64,000 bases of DNA from NCBI GenBank assembly GCA_028023455.1, contig JAQFVV010000006.1, positions 14,260,001 to 14,324,000 of the forward strand. Reading direction: 5' to 3'. The notes under the pieces were generated by a model. It was not told where the DNA came from. It ran no database searches and worked only from the letters and a program-made list of their open reading frames with translations. This document shows positions 26,501-38,649 of the stretch, piece after piece. Numbering within the stretch: position 1 is the first letter of the stretch; every line of letters begins with the position of its first letter. The position numbers and the translations under genes were made by a program. The DNA is from Epiperipatus broadwayi (Eukaryota; Animalia; Onychophora).

Positions 26501-27269
26501 CAATATCTAATGAGGGGATGTTCATCACTTTTGTCCTGCAAACATTTGTGTAAGCATGGGTAATCAATAGAGTGGAGAGTATGATTAATGCAGATGTTAA
26601 TTATAAGCTAGGAGTCATTTGATGCTTTGTTTTGGTATATGCCATCTTTTGTTAAACGATTAAAAATGTCTACAGCTAATACCTTCATGTCAAATCTGTA
26701 TGATTAGATAAAATTGAACTGGGATTCAAAATCTTGGGGTATCAAAACTTTTATGTCATTTACTTGAAAGTAAAGATTGCTACTGCAGTCAAATATTCCT
26801 CGCTTACTAAAACCAATGGCCAAAAATTTAATGTTGAGATCTGTTTGGTATTGATTACTCAAGCTTATGTAAATAGTCCTGGAGTAGGGATTTAAAATGG
26901 ATTACTGGTGCTAATGCAGATATTAATTGCAAAGCAACAGGAATTATGATGATACTTTTTAGCAAATGAAAATAAGCAATACGCGAGAACTAAGGACGGC
27001 ATTGATTTTTACAGTTACTGAGATTAACATGGGTAGATTGTGTACTTGCCTGAATCCCCATACTTTTAGAATCTCCATACTTAGAAACTTTCAAATTTTG
27101 TAAAAATTAAATGAATTAGGTGCAGTATTATATATGAGATATCAAATTTTTGAATTTTTAAACTACATTACACTTATAGGAAATTTACAAAGGAAATCAG
27201 ATTGTCAAGAGTGGTAAAATGATCTATTTATTTGCATACATTATACTTCTAATATTACAGATTCAGCCT

Positions 27270-27655
27270 GTATCCTGCCCATCTGTATATTCAGGGGTCA
27301 GAATGACTCAAGGTCAACATGGGCATGACATTAATTTTCACATCAACAAGAGATTTGGTGTTCCTTCATCAGATTTTCGATGGTATGGATGACTGACGAG
27401 TTGGAGGGTGGAATAGATTGAAGCCTGTCCATTAAAGTTTGAAGATTTCCTATTTTAATATAAGCTGAGCACTGATTCTATATATGTGTGGGAGATGATG
27501 ATCTGCACCAACTGATGAGTGCTGATTCAGCACGAAATACATATATTGGAGATTATGTATCTTTTTCACATATGTATGGTCATGTGTATCCGTCATATGA
27601 GATAGAGTACATAGCTGAAAAGAGCTTGAAAGTCTGTGTTCAAATCCCTTACAAT
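27270..27655 (+). mobile_element. Family C hammerhead repeat
   Basis: Colinear with 6690-7050. Confidence 0.85.
27508..27549 (+). ncRNA. Type I hammerhead ribozyme, family C
   Basis: CCAA CTGATGA GTGCTG ATT CAGCAC GAAAT ACAT ATA^TTGG. Perfect 6-bp stem II. Confidence 0.85.
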
Positions 27656-27802
27656 TATATATATAATAAATGTTTTTTATTTGTTTTTTTTTTTTTTGTT
27701 TTTTAAAGAAAATTTTAATATTAAAAAAAAAGACCTAATAATTTCATGACTCAAGAAAAATTTCTTAATTGATGAACTTTAAGTTTCTTTAATTAATGAT
27801 TT

Positions 27803-27951
27803 AGAACAACGCTTTCACAGGGGTTGCCTAAGACCATTGGAAAACACCATTTTTTTGATTCATAATAGTAGCAAAATTAAAGGTTGTGGGTCACCACAAC
27901 TTAAGGAACTGTATTAAAGGGTCGCGGCATTAGGAAGGTTGAGAGCCACTG
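27803..27951 (+). mobile_element. SPIN/URR1-like hAT MITE, 3' part
   Basis: ctttcacaggggttgcctaagaccattggaaaacac...gggtcaccacaacttaaggaactgtattaaagggtcgcggcattaggaaggttgagagccactg closely resembles the URR1/SPIN consensus as I recall it. Ends in a hAT-type CCACTG terminus. Confidence 0.75.
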
Positions 27952-29262
27952 ATTTAACAGGAAATGAGGATTCTTAATATCCAAAAAGATATCCTTCTAT
28001 GTTAAAAAAGACATCTGGAGTGGGGTCTTATGTGAGTCGGACATGATTACTAGACTTCAAAACAAAACAAATTACAAGCCTTTATATGTGCACTGCTTGA
28101 TGAAAAGATCATGGATCGTTAGCTTAAAAAATGTTTGATTTTGAGATTAGGGTTCCTGGGTGTCATTATTCAAAGAAGAAATAGTACAGTCGATCACTTG
28201 GTAAGACATTCAGAATGATGCAGACTGTTGACAGAGGGAAGGCCAGTATGGGTAAGTAGAATGGAATATCTGGAGTTAAGGGAAAATGGATTTCTAAATG
28301 TACGAACAATTTAGGTGATGGAGAAAAGGCTGACAAACTGTGCTGTTAATCAGTCTATGGACTGAAGAGAAAGAATTAACAATTTTTCAGAATAAAAAGC
28401 ACGAAAAGTTTATGAAATAATTATTCTTCAATTGCAATTTTGAGAGAAAGAAGCATTCAAGTTTTTATTTTGTTATTATTAGCTGATAAAAAATCATTGG
28501 CAAGTGTAACTGGGCTCATGACATTGAGAGGTAAAGATTTCTGTTTCTAATTATGTTTTCAATAGTAGGGTTTGGTGTAATATCAAAATGGCGAACTTTA
28601 GAACTCAACGTTTTTCGATCGCGACTCAGTTGTGACTTTCAGTGCTCAAACTTTTTATGATTCATGAAAAACAAAACAAAAACAACAATTCGATTATTAT
28701 CATTATTATTTTTTTGATATCAACTTTGATCTCGGGTCTCGATATCTCTAGAAGCTGTTCTGGATCTGTGCATCATATTTATTGAATGTTTCGCACCTTT
28801 GGTTGAAGTTGTTTACATATGTTTGGATATGCCAATCAAATTTACGTAAATAGAGAGACCAGGCGGTTTTATTCTTTTATTTGTAATATATATTAAATAT
28901 ATATTACAGAAAAGGCATCAAATTACATAAATAGAGAGACCAAACAGTTTGTAATATATATATATTAAATATTGATAATAGCTACAGAAAAGGCAATCGA
29001 AACATAGGAAAAATGGAAATAATGTATTTTTGAGTATATCTTGAATAAATAAAGTTTTTAAAAAGAAAAAAAGGCCAATATTTTTATTGGACTTATGTAT
29101 ACGAAAGATAAATATTGATATCATTTGATTGAAATAAAACAATTATCAGTTTCTATGCTATCATATTTCCGCGGGTAACAATATCTGCGGGCCGCATTAA
29201 CTTTTTAAACTGATTTAATTCAAACTCATTTTCAATTCGCAATTTTTTTTTTTTTTTGATAG

Positions 29263-29292
29263 CTAACCACTAGGCCACCAACGCTTGACTGG
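29263..29292 (-). pseudogene. 5' fragment of a tRNA-Gly-like sequence
   Basis: Reverse complement gtcaaGCGTTGGTGGCCTAGTGGTTAGC, with the same gtcaa leader as the 57.3-kb copy. Confidence 0.55.
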
Positions 29293-31444
29293 TCAGGTCT
29301 AGTTAGTGCTCATTTATCTATAGATTGAAAATAATTTTTATTTTATTTAATTGTTTGTTTGTTCAATTGCATTTTCAGTTTTTCAATGGTTAATTTTTTT
29401 TATAGTTTTGACATAGTTTATGTATCGTTATTATGAACTATTCATGGATGTGTTGGCCACTCTAATTCTAAAAAAAAAAAAATGAAACAAAGACAAAGAG
29501 ACCCATTTAGAAAGATAAAAAAGCGTACTAGTTTTAAATTAACTAATTGTTAGTTAATGGTTTGGAAGGTGTCGTTTGTGAAAGCCCGAGAGGCAGATTG
29601 AATTATTTTATAGTTTCATTCAGTTAGTTTGAAATAAGTTTTTTCTATCTGAAGCTGAGAAATGATCTTAGAATCTTTAGCTTTGAGTTAGCCATTTTAC
29701 CTCTGTATTAATCTCAGATAGTTTTAAAGCATTGGTCGATTTTGAATAATCAAAATAGAAAAAAGGCCAATATTAGTAATTGAAATAAAGACTATTTGAA
29801 TTTCATTCTCTTCCCCTAACTTTGTAATTAATAATTTGTAAAGCGCATACTCATTACGTAATATATATTAAGGCTATAACCTTAAGACTTTGTGCCTAAA
29901 ATGCAAGAGTAAGGACCTCTACAAATCTAAACACAAGATTAACGACTTTAAAAGACAAGAGCGGCTCTTATCTTCGACCTAATTTCTAAATATATAGGTG
30001 AATCTAAAGCATTTTGTGTTGTGAGCGTGATGCTATAAACTACTTCACTGATTAAGTCCACAATTTCTATACAAACTAACATATGCGAAATCTTTCGATT
30101 TACAAGGAGTCAATATGAAGTTCTTATAATAAGAAATCTTTTAAAACAATTTAAAGTTGTAATTAATAATTCGTAAAGTGCATACTCATTATGTAAGTAA
30201 TATATATTAAGGCTATAACCTTAAGACTATCATCATATCTGACCTTGCCTTAGAAGTGGACTATTCCAGATTTCTTGCCTGATCGGCTAGCTCCCTGTCG
30301 CTATTCAATGGGGACAAATCCTTCATTTGTGTTCACGCACATAAGTGTTTCCAGTAAGATAGGGGATCTTCCATTAAAGGGTCAGCCTTTTTGGAGGCGA
30401 GGCAGAAAGTGCATTACTTCTGTCAATCTGAACGTGCTCTATAATAAACCCTCTTCCATCAGCAAAAGTATTTTCTCTAATCATTACCACGATGTCTATG
30501 CAGTGAGGCTGGTCCACCTAAGGACTGGAAACTGCAATGTCCGCAGCCGACTTGAGGCAAGCTGTCCTGCACAGCCGGAAGATTCTGAATTAAAGCCAAC
30601 TCGAGGCAAGCTGTACTGCACAGCTGCAAGAGTCGTACTTGAACTTGCGAGGCAGGCTACTTATATAGCTGGAAGTGAGTTCCATTACTCAGCATGACTA
30701 CCTCAGCATTAAATTTGTGTCAATCATATTTATGTTTTATTAACTAACGTGTGTATATTTTTGTCACTAATAAATTATACATATTAATTGTTGAATAGTG
30801 TCATCATTTGTCTGTTGGTTTGGAATCGAATCTGTAAGCCTAACCAAACACAACAATTACTTTCATTTATTTTATTTCATAGTTATTTTTATCCTATGAA
30901 GGAACCATCTTGTCTGTTATCTCTGACATTTTTGACCTTTTTCTTTTGTTTTACTTTATTGTCTTAAGTCACTTAAATTATTATAGAGTCTGGTGAACCT
31001 CATGCCATTTTAAAAGAATCGAATAGTATTTCATTTAGGAAGTCACATGATCTTTGATCTCAAGAAGTGAAATAATTGAATGTGATTGAGACTTTTAGTT
31101 ACAGAGTCCACCACTACCTAAATCCAGCAGACTACCATTGGTCACCTAAGCCAGTATCACATTTTGGTCATTTAATTGCATGCTCAATGATTCTGACTAA
31201 TCTCCTTTTTAATATCAGCTTTCATTAAACTTTGATGGTAGCTGGTATTCATTATTATACTTCTGACATATTTGTTACTTGTAATTAAATAATATTTATT
31301 TTATTGAACACTTATTTAACTTAGAAATTGTGTTTATTTGTTAGGTTAAATTTTAACATACTTATAGTAAATAGAATTTCTTCAAATTTTGTACACATAT
31401 TAGGTATCAATGATAATGCAATATAACCATGCTATATTTTAGGG

Positions 31445-32230
31445 TATATACCTCTTGTCCAATGTAACCGTGTTAGCAGGTTCAATTTCAAACCATGTTA
31501 ACATCGGTTCAATAAGTTTTCAATTCTTCCCGATGACCGTGAAATGCTAAAAAAATTATCAACATAATCACTATCTGAAATAATTATTTTGGTATCAATT
31601 TCTAAAATAGGAGTCTGCATCTTAGTTGTTCTCAAGATCTTAATCAATTTCCATATGATGTATAGAAATAGTTTTTATCTGAAGACATATTTTTGCTACC
31701 ATCTTGTAGAGTGGAATGCCATTATAGTGGATATTTAAAATCTGTGCATACCACAACCACACACTTGAAACTGGACCACGCACTGAAGTATAATATTTTG
31801 TTGTTTGGATGTGATCATTTTTCCATATTGTATATCTACATAATACAATGTTCACTTTCATAAATCGCCTTACAATGTAAAAAATAAAATTTATCCATTT
31901 ATATTTGCATACGGTTTCAGTTTCCCAGCAGTCATCATCAGATCTACAATATTCAAATATTTATGACTTTACAATTAGTGCTTATATGTACATGGATTTT
32001 TTAAAATGTGCCAAGAGACCTCATGAGATAAATGGACAAGATAAGAGAGCTTGTTGAAGTGCTGCAGATATATGGTTCCCCTTGCTCTAAATGGATGATG
32101 ATTAAAAATGATATTGGCTCATATATGTGTGTGTTGAAAGAATTTTTCTGCGGATTCAAAATGACAATTATCTCCAGTGTTTTTTTTTTCGGCATTGTTC
32201 GCTATAAGTGACAGCTGTACTAAGCATGTT
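31445..32230 (-). mobile_element. Possible Tc1/mariner-like transposase remnant
   Basis: Decayed HTH-like and IIFSD-like stretches on the minus strand. Weak. Confidence 0.35.
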
Positions 32231-32599
32231 CTATCTTCTTTGGGAAAGAATTAACTTAGTATTTATAGCTAATGTTAAGGCATTGCTCATCTACACAAAA
32301 TAGAAATAAATTCACAAGTTGACCTTCAGTACCTTCAGTTATCATGAAGAAGTTCACAGTTCACAGTAAAGCAGATTGCGACAGAGACATATTTTTTTAT
32401 TCATTTAAAAGTTCATTGGTTTTCAGTATTTGTTTATCGACTGCAAAATTTAATTCAATATGTTATTGAATAACAGTTGAACCTTTACATAGTTCATCCT
32501 TAAAGCATAGAGTTGAATGAAAGATGAATTAAAGTTATCTTTTAAATTAAATCCACTTACTATTACTGACATTTATAAGGTCATTATTAAATGACCAAA

Positions 32600-33050
32600 A
32601 TATCACATGACCACTATTTTTATGTTTACAAAATCTATAATGATGGTCATGTGATATTTTAGTGGTTTAACACTAATCCTAGCCATGATGTTGGTGACCA
32701 TGGTTATTAAAAACCAAAGACACCAAAGTATATAGATACTGAACTGAGTTTAAATCTGCAGGACTGTACAAGAAAATTGGACTGGATTGAAAACATTGTG
32801 TTTTTGTTTGGGCTCATAGTTTTATAGTTAACTAAAAAGGTGAAAAGTGATTTGTGGAGGGATGCATTAGATTCAAACATCTAGGTGCAGTGCTCTCAGA
32901 TCCAAGACTCATCACTGATGAAAGCCACAAGCTAATAACAGTCTAGAGATATTGGATGGATGAGCATTAGATAGGGATTTGATGCACAAACCTAGCATCC
33001 ATTGATTACTACAGCTTGCACTAGGTAGCACTATAGTATGGAGAGAGTTG
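32600..33050 (+). mobile_element. Family A hammerhead repeat (core mutated) with short 5' inversion
   Basis: atcacatgacca / tggtcatgtgat inverted pair at 32601-32655. CTGATGAAAGCCACAAGCTAATAAC at ~32915. Confidence 0.8.
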
Positions 33051-33974
33051 CGACTGTTTAAATCATTGTTTCCTGTTTTATTTTCTTTCACCCTACTCTC
33101 TTCAGCTATTTGGGCTGGAATAGTCATTATAAACCTCTTATGCTATCAATCACTTCTCCTTACTAACTCTCAATAAGACTATTTGTTTGCACAACTATAT
33201 TTTATCTTTTAATTATATACGCAATCTTTTTTTTCTTTCCTTATTTTATATTTTTTGCCTTTCTCTTTTTCCCCTGAAGTTAGAATGGCAATACTTATTT
33301 ATGAGTGATTGATAATGATGACATCATCAACATTTTCAATGGTTATTGATTTATTTAGGATGAAAATCTCTCACAAGTTTAATACAGTTTGTCCGTTCTT
33401 TAACCTGTCTTCTCCACATCAGGTATATGGACCAATATGGCAGAGAGCAAAGTCCCTATCTAACAGATATAAGAATAGTGTGATAGGATTTGGCAAGTTT
33501 TAATAATTTTTCGTAACCAAAATATGACAGATTAACTTCATATTTATTCTACATACAATGCATAAATAAAATGGTAATTAATTAATACATATCCCAAATA
33601 TGCCATAAGGTGCACAGAAAGAATCAAATTTGTCAATCCGTTCATTTGTCCCTAGGCTGTCTTTGATAGAATTTGATGGACAAAATTACTGGGATCAGCT
33701 CCTCTTCTTGTGATGAACTTGGTCACTGATTCCTCTAGAATCTCTGGTGTATGACTGGGTTTGTGCAAGCTCATCTGTCTAAATCTGTTCTCAGAAGACA
33801 ATATTCTATTAAATTTTAACATCACATGATCACCATTCTTTATGCTTACTCAAGCCGTTTACACAAAGGCAAAACTCTCCATACAATAGCACCGCTCAGT
33901 GCAAGTCAGAGTAATCAATGAATGCAGGAAGGTTTGTGCATAAAGTCCCTATCTAATGCCTACTCATCCAATAT

Positions 33975-34014
33975 CCCCAGACTAGTTTCTAGCTTATGGC
34001 TTTCATCATTGAGG
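33975..34014 (-). ncRNA. Hammerhead ribozyme, family A, C3 mutated
   Basis: Reverse complement: CCTCA ATGATGA AAGC CATAA GCTA GAAAC TA GTC TGGGG. Confidence 0.65.
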
Positions 34015-34190
34015 AGCCTTGGATCTGATAGCACTGCACTTACATCTTAGGATCTAATGCAACCTCCAGCAACCACTTCTTACCTTATTAGCCAACTGTA
34101 AGGCTTTAAGTCCAAAATGAGGTAAGAAGTGGTTGCTGGAGGTTGCATAAGATCCTAAGATGTAGGTGCAGTGCTCTCAGATCCAAGGCT

Positions 34191-34231
34191 CCTCACTGAT
34201 GAAAGCCACAAGCTAGAAACTAGTCTTGGGG
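34191..34231 (+). ncRNA. Type I hammerhead ribozyme, family A, intact core
   Basis: CCTCA CTGATGA AAGC CACAA GCTA GAAAC TA GTC^TTGGGG. Confidence 0.85.
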
Positions 34232-35517
34232 ATATTGGATAAGTAGGCATTAGATAGGGACTTTATGCACAAACCTTCCTGCATCCATCGACTACTCTGA
34301 CTTGGACTGAGCGGTGGATTGTATGGAGAGTTTCGCCTCTGTGTCTATTAAATTTTATGTGAATAAATTGTTAATCCGAATTGCTACTATTTTTAACACA
34401 ACCATTAGATTTCTGTTCATTTGTTGGCCTTCTGTTTTATCTATTTTTTAAGAAACTACAACCCCGGTTTCTTTCCCCACTATTAACTTTCTAATTAATT
34501 TCTCTTTTGCTAATATATAATTCCAATTAATACCACGTGACTTTTATAATCTTCCTATAATAATTTATTTCATTCTAATGAAGAATAAACTACTGTTAAG
34601 TTTGGATGATCAATTGATCCCATCCCCAGATTGAGGACTTGGATTCAAAGCTGGAATTATTGCATCTATGCATATAATAGGCAACTTTTATTCCGCTTTG
34701 GTAAGGACAAAAGGTAGAAACCTATCTGGGGATAATGATCTGTGTATAACAACACGTAAATGAGTGTTGATAAATGTAAAGTAAAATTGTATTTGCAGTT
34801 TATTAAAATAACTTGTTACGAATCTGCCTGGAAAAATAGTTTTGAGTAACATATTTGGAATAGTATTCTGTGATATGACATACACATATACACGATTAAT
34901 ATACAACCGAGGTTATTAAAAGAAAACTTCACTGATGTAATTTCACTGACGTTAGACTAAAATTAATTTTAATCTAAAGTATAATTATTGCTCATAGGAA
35001 AATCATTAGTCAGTGTTTATTATATTGTTAGATTAGTATTTCTTAATTACTACAAAATTAATTTTTTGAAATTAATTAGGTTTTTTTTTAATAATAACAA
35101 AAAAAATCTATAAAGACTTAGTTAACGTTTTCCTCAAATTTCATAATCTTTAATTAAGGGAAGAAATTATATGCCGTACTCTTATGAAATAAAGTTAAAA
35201 TGAAGTCCTAATTTTAGCAAAAAGATTACTCGTTGGCAAAGTGCATATTTATAACTATTCCTAAATACTATGGTAACATCCCTAACTGAATAATTTTTAA
35301 ATAAATAAACGAGAACGAAGAACTGCGGTCATTGGCGGAGATAGGATGCGTTTCCAAACAATTGATAAATCATTCGGAATCTCTTTTTATTTATTTCACA
35401 ATATCATTGAGCGAAAATAATTTATATTTCCGACTGTTTTTATTGATTAATAGTTGAAACCTAATGTGAATTGACTTTTCAAATAAATTACAATATCAAA
35501 TCTTCGTGCAAAATAAT

Positions 35518-35873
35518 TACCGTATTTTCGCGAATATAGCGCGCATCTGGTTTTTGCAGTAAAAATTTCAGATTTTTTTTAAAAAAAAAAATTAAATAAT
35601 ATCTATAATAATAAAAAGAAAATAGGAACAGTACTATAAAAAATTGCTTTATTATTTTAATCATAGATATCAAAAATTCTTCATCACCTTGTTCATAAAT
35701 TGTCTCGTCTTTTGTATCTTCAAGGGCATTGGAAATTCCAGTATTGAAAGATTTTATAACGTTTTCTTTCTTGGCATTGTCCCACAATTTATTCCTTAAT
35801 CACACACCTGTGTTGATGTTAAATCATAATTTTCTGACTATCGCATTTTTTTTTGTACTACACATATACAGTA
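35518..35873 (-). mobile_element. pogo-like transposon, deleted derivative
   Basis: TIR taccgtattttcgcgaatatagcgcgca. The minus-strand ORF WDNAKKENVIKSFNTGISNALEDTKDETIYE resembles the pogo C-terminus. Confidence 0.7.
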
Positions 35874-35961
35874 CACCCTCCCCTCCCCCATTTTTGTTTA
35901 CTATAAAATTAATTCAATATTTATTTCATTAGCATGTAATCTATAAAATATGTGTGTGTGT

Positions 35962-36270
35962 GTGCTTGGCGCATAGATAATGAAGTTAGTAAAAGCAAAT
36001 AATACTCTGCAATTTAATGAGATGAGCGCTTTTGGGAGGCTTTATGCTCCCATAATCATAGCTACTAAAGTGTGGAGAACTATACAGATGTAATATGCAA
36101 ATATATGCAAATTAATGTGAAGGGATTAAAGAGGCCATTTGCATATTGCATTTGTATAGTTATCCACACTTTAGTAGCTATGATTGTGGGAGCATAAAGC
36201 CTCCCGAAACACTCAGCTCATTAAATTGCAGATTTGAAGAAAATTAACTTCATTATCTGTGTGCCAAGTA
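35962..36270. repeat. Foldback element: ~140-bp inverted arms with short spacer
   Basis: cttggcgcatagataatgaag ... cttcattatctgtgtgccaag. The arms are reverse-complementary along most of their length. Confidence 0.85.
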
Positions 36271-38649
36271 CATATATATTTTATAAAATTAAAAAAAAAA
36301 GATGTGGTATATGTGTCCTTTCATACTTATAAATGAAATCAGAATAAAAACAATTTTTATACATATAGATGATAATAATAATGACCATAGGGGTTAGCTG
36401 GCAGCTTCTCATACAAGAACAGTGACAGATTTCTCGGCAGTTTCCCATAGAAGAACAGCTGAGTAATAATAAAATAAAAAAGGAACAATTGATCAAAATT
36501 GTTGTATTAAAATCCATAATTTGTCATTGTTATTAATTCTAGCACTGATATTCAAAACGTTTTATGGATTTGTGAGCAAAAACTTTTCGATTAGTAATTA
36601 TTTTTATCCTCAATAGTTATTTGTCAAGAAGCCGATATTGTGTATTAATTCAGATCTTTCTAAATATCTTTCTATTACTAATCTGCTCTTCAAGCATTCG
36701 TATGTCATTCCTTTTTTAAGATCTGCTCTTTCTTATCGTTTACCTGCCAAAACCTTAAGTAAAACAATCTAGCTTTTACCATTTTTCTAGAATATGTCCA
36801 TACTTTTCCTTCTTCACCTTTTCCAACATCTGTAATATTCCATGACATTACTAACCATATTCTTTCAATTTTTCCTCTAAATTTATTTCTTTGAAATTTC
36901 CCAGTTTCTTTTTTCAATCGTCCAAGTTTGGACTCCATATAAAACTGCATAGCAAATAAAACATTTAACAAGCTCATTATGCTAATAACTAATTATTATT
37001 GTTGTTGTTGTTATTCTTATGCTTATATAAGAAAAAGATAGCAAGTGTTATTTAGTTGATGGATGTAGCCATACATAATAAGAAATGACTTTGAAATAAA
37101 TTAAAAAAAAAAATATCCTTAATTTCTTGAGATATTGTGATGTTTGAGCACCTAAGCTGATGGTTGAGACAGTAATTCGTTTAATTGACCTAACTGGATG
37201 CTTTTTTTACTTCATTCAAAGGAGAATTTATTTATGAAACCATAGCTCTTAAGTTTCTCATTATACCACTGATCTAATCTGCCCAGATTGGTGAAAATTT
37301 TTATTTGCATTTATCTATATACTGCATATCCTACAGGTTTCATGAAAGTTTACAATATAGTTATAAATATCAAGGTGCTATAGCATTATCTTGTCATAAG
37401 GATATGGTCAACTATCAATGAGGACCAAATGTTATCTTCTCTTCATAATACCAATTATCTTGACTTTGCATTGGGCAAAGATATGCATAATAAGTAATAA
37501 CTACACTATAAAATAGAGTAACTAATCGGAAATGAAAGACTTTAGCATGCTCCTAAACAAATGTAAATTGATAAGATTATCCACTGACATCTCAGTATCA
37601 GATCAGTCCTCACTCACATGTATTTCAGATGAAGTTATCCTCATCAGGTAGGTCAGAAGTTTGAATTTCTGATAAACAAATAAAAGATTTTGATATTTAA
37701 TTGAAATATTTCTTCAAACTTATAATTAGATAGTGATGTAAATGTTTCATATATTTTAACATATGGTTGTAAAACATGGGCTTTGAAAACAAAAATGAAA
37801 TTAGATTATTAGAAAGTCAAAATAAATACATTGAAAATAACAAGAAAATGTCGGGGAAGTGAAGATTACATTTTGGAAGAAACACAGAAATATGTATTTA
37901 AATAGATTGATTTAATACTATTATAAGTATAAAAAAAAATTAAATCTGATATAAGAACATGAGATAAAAATATTTATTATAATTCTGTAGAAAAGTTGAG
38001 ATTGAAGTTTTGGAAAAGTCTTAGAATGGATAGAATCTTGCTTATATTTGCACTCAGTATATTGGTCATATATTGCACTAAAGATATTTAGGAATGACAA
38101 ATGAATACCATCACTTTGATTTGTAATTATTAAATTAATCTCATGGATATTTGCTTAGGAGTCGAGTAACATTCATTTACTTTAACAGATTTTTTTATAC
38201 TTAGCGGGAATTTGTAGAGATCTTTGGTTCTTGAATCCACCACAATACCTTATCTTTAAAAGATAGTATATATATTAAGAAAAAAATCTTTTTAATAAAT
38301 AGTTCAGTGCAGAACAAAGGCCTCTCCAGAATACCCTCACAGAGAAAGCCAGTATTGGACCTCCAAATTGGTGGTCAGTGAGGATTTGAGTGGTTTCCCA
38401 CCATTCTTCTTTTATCATCTAATTAAGGATGCCTAGATTTTAATTTACCAATCAAAATTGAAGTTAACTGGATCAGCTGTAAGCCAGGTATATGAGAGAA
38501 AAATCCTGTCTTTTGAAAAGAATTTCATTTGGACTTGATGTGCAGATATTAAATAAATAATTTGTATATGCTTTTCTGTCTGTGAAATCTTGTAATTCAA
38601 TTTTTTATCCATTTTACAATTTTCTCTAGTTAAAATCTTTGCATTACAT

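Larger units (their letters stand above)
33805..34357. mobile_element. Family A inverted pair with 14-bp TSD
   Basis: TCTATTAAATTTTA occurs at 33805-33818 and 34344-34357. Minus arm to ~34108, plus arm from ~34109. Confidence 0.92.

Noticed and set aside
28770-28815. Minus-strand GGTGC GAAAC ATTC as a ribozyme
   Set aside because: No CTGANGA or matching 5' stem II strand upstream.
30275-30697. 140-aa ORF as a protein-coding gene
   Set aside because: TTG start, no recognisable domain, and it lies in a repeat-like GC-rich insert.
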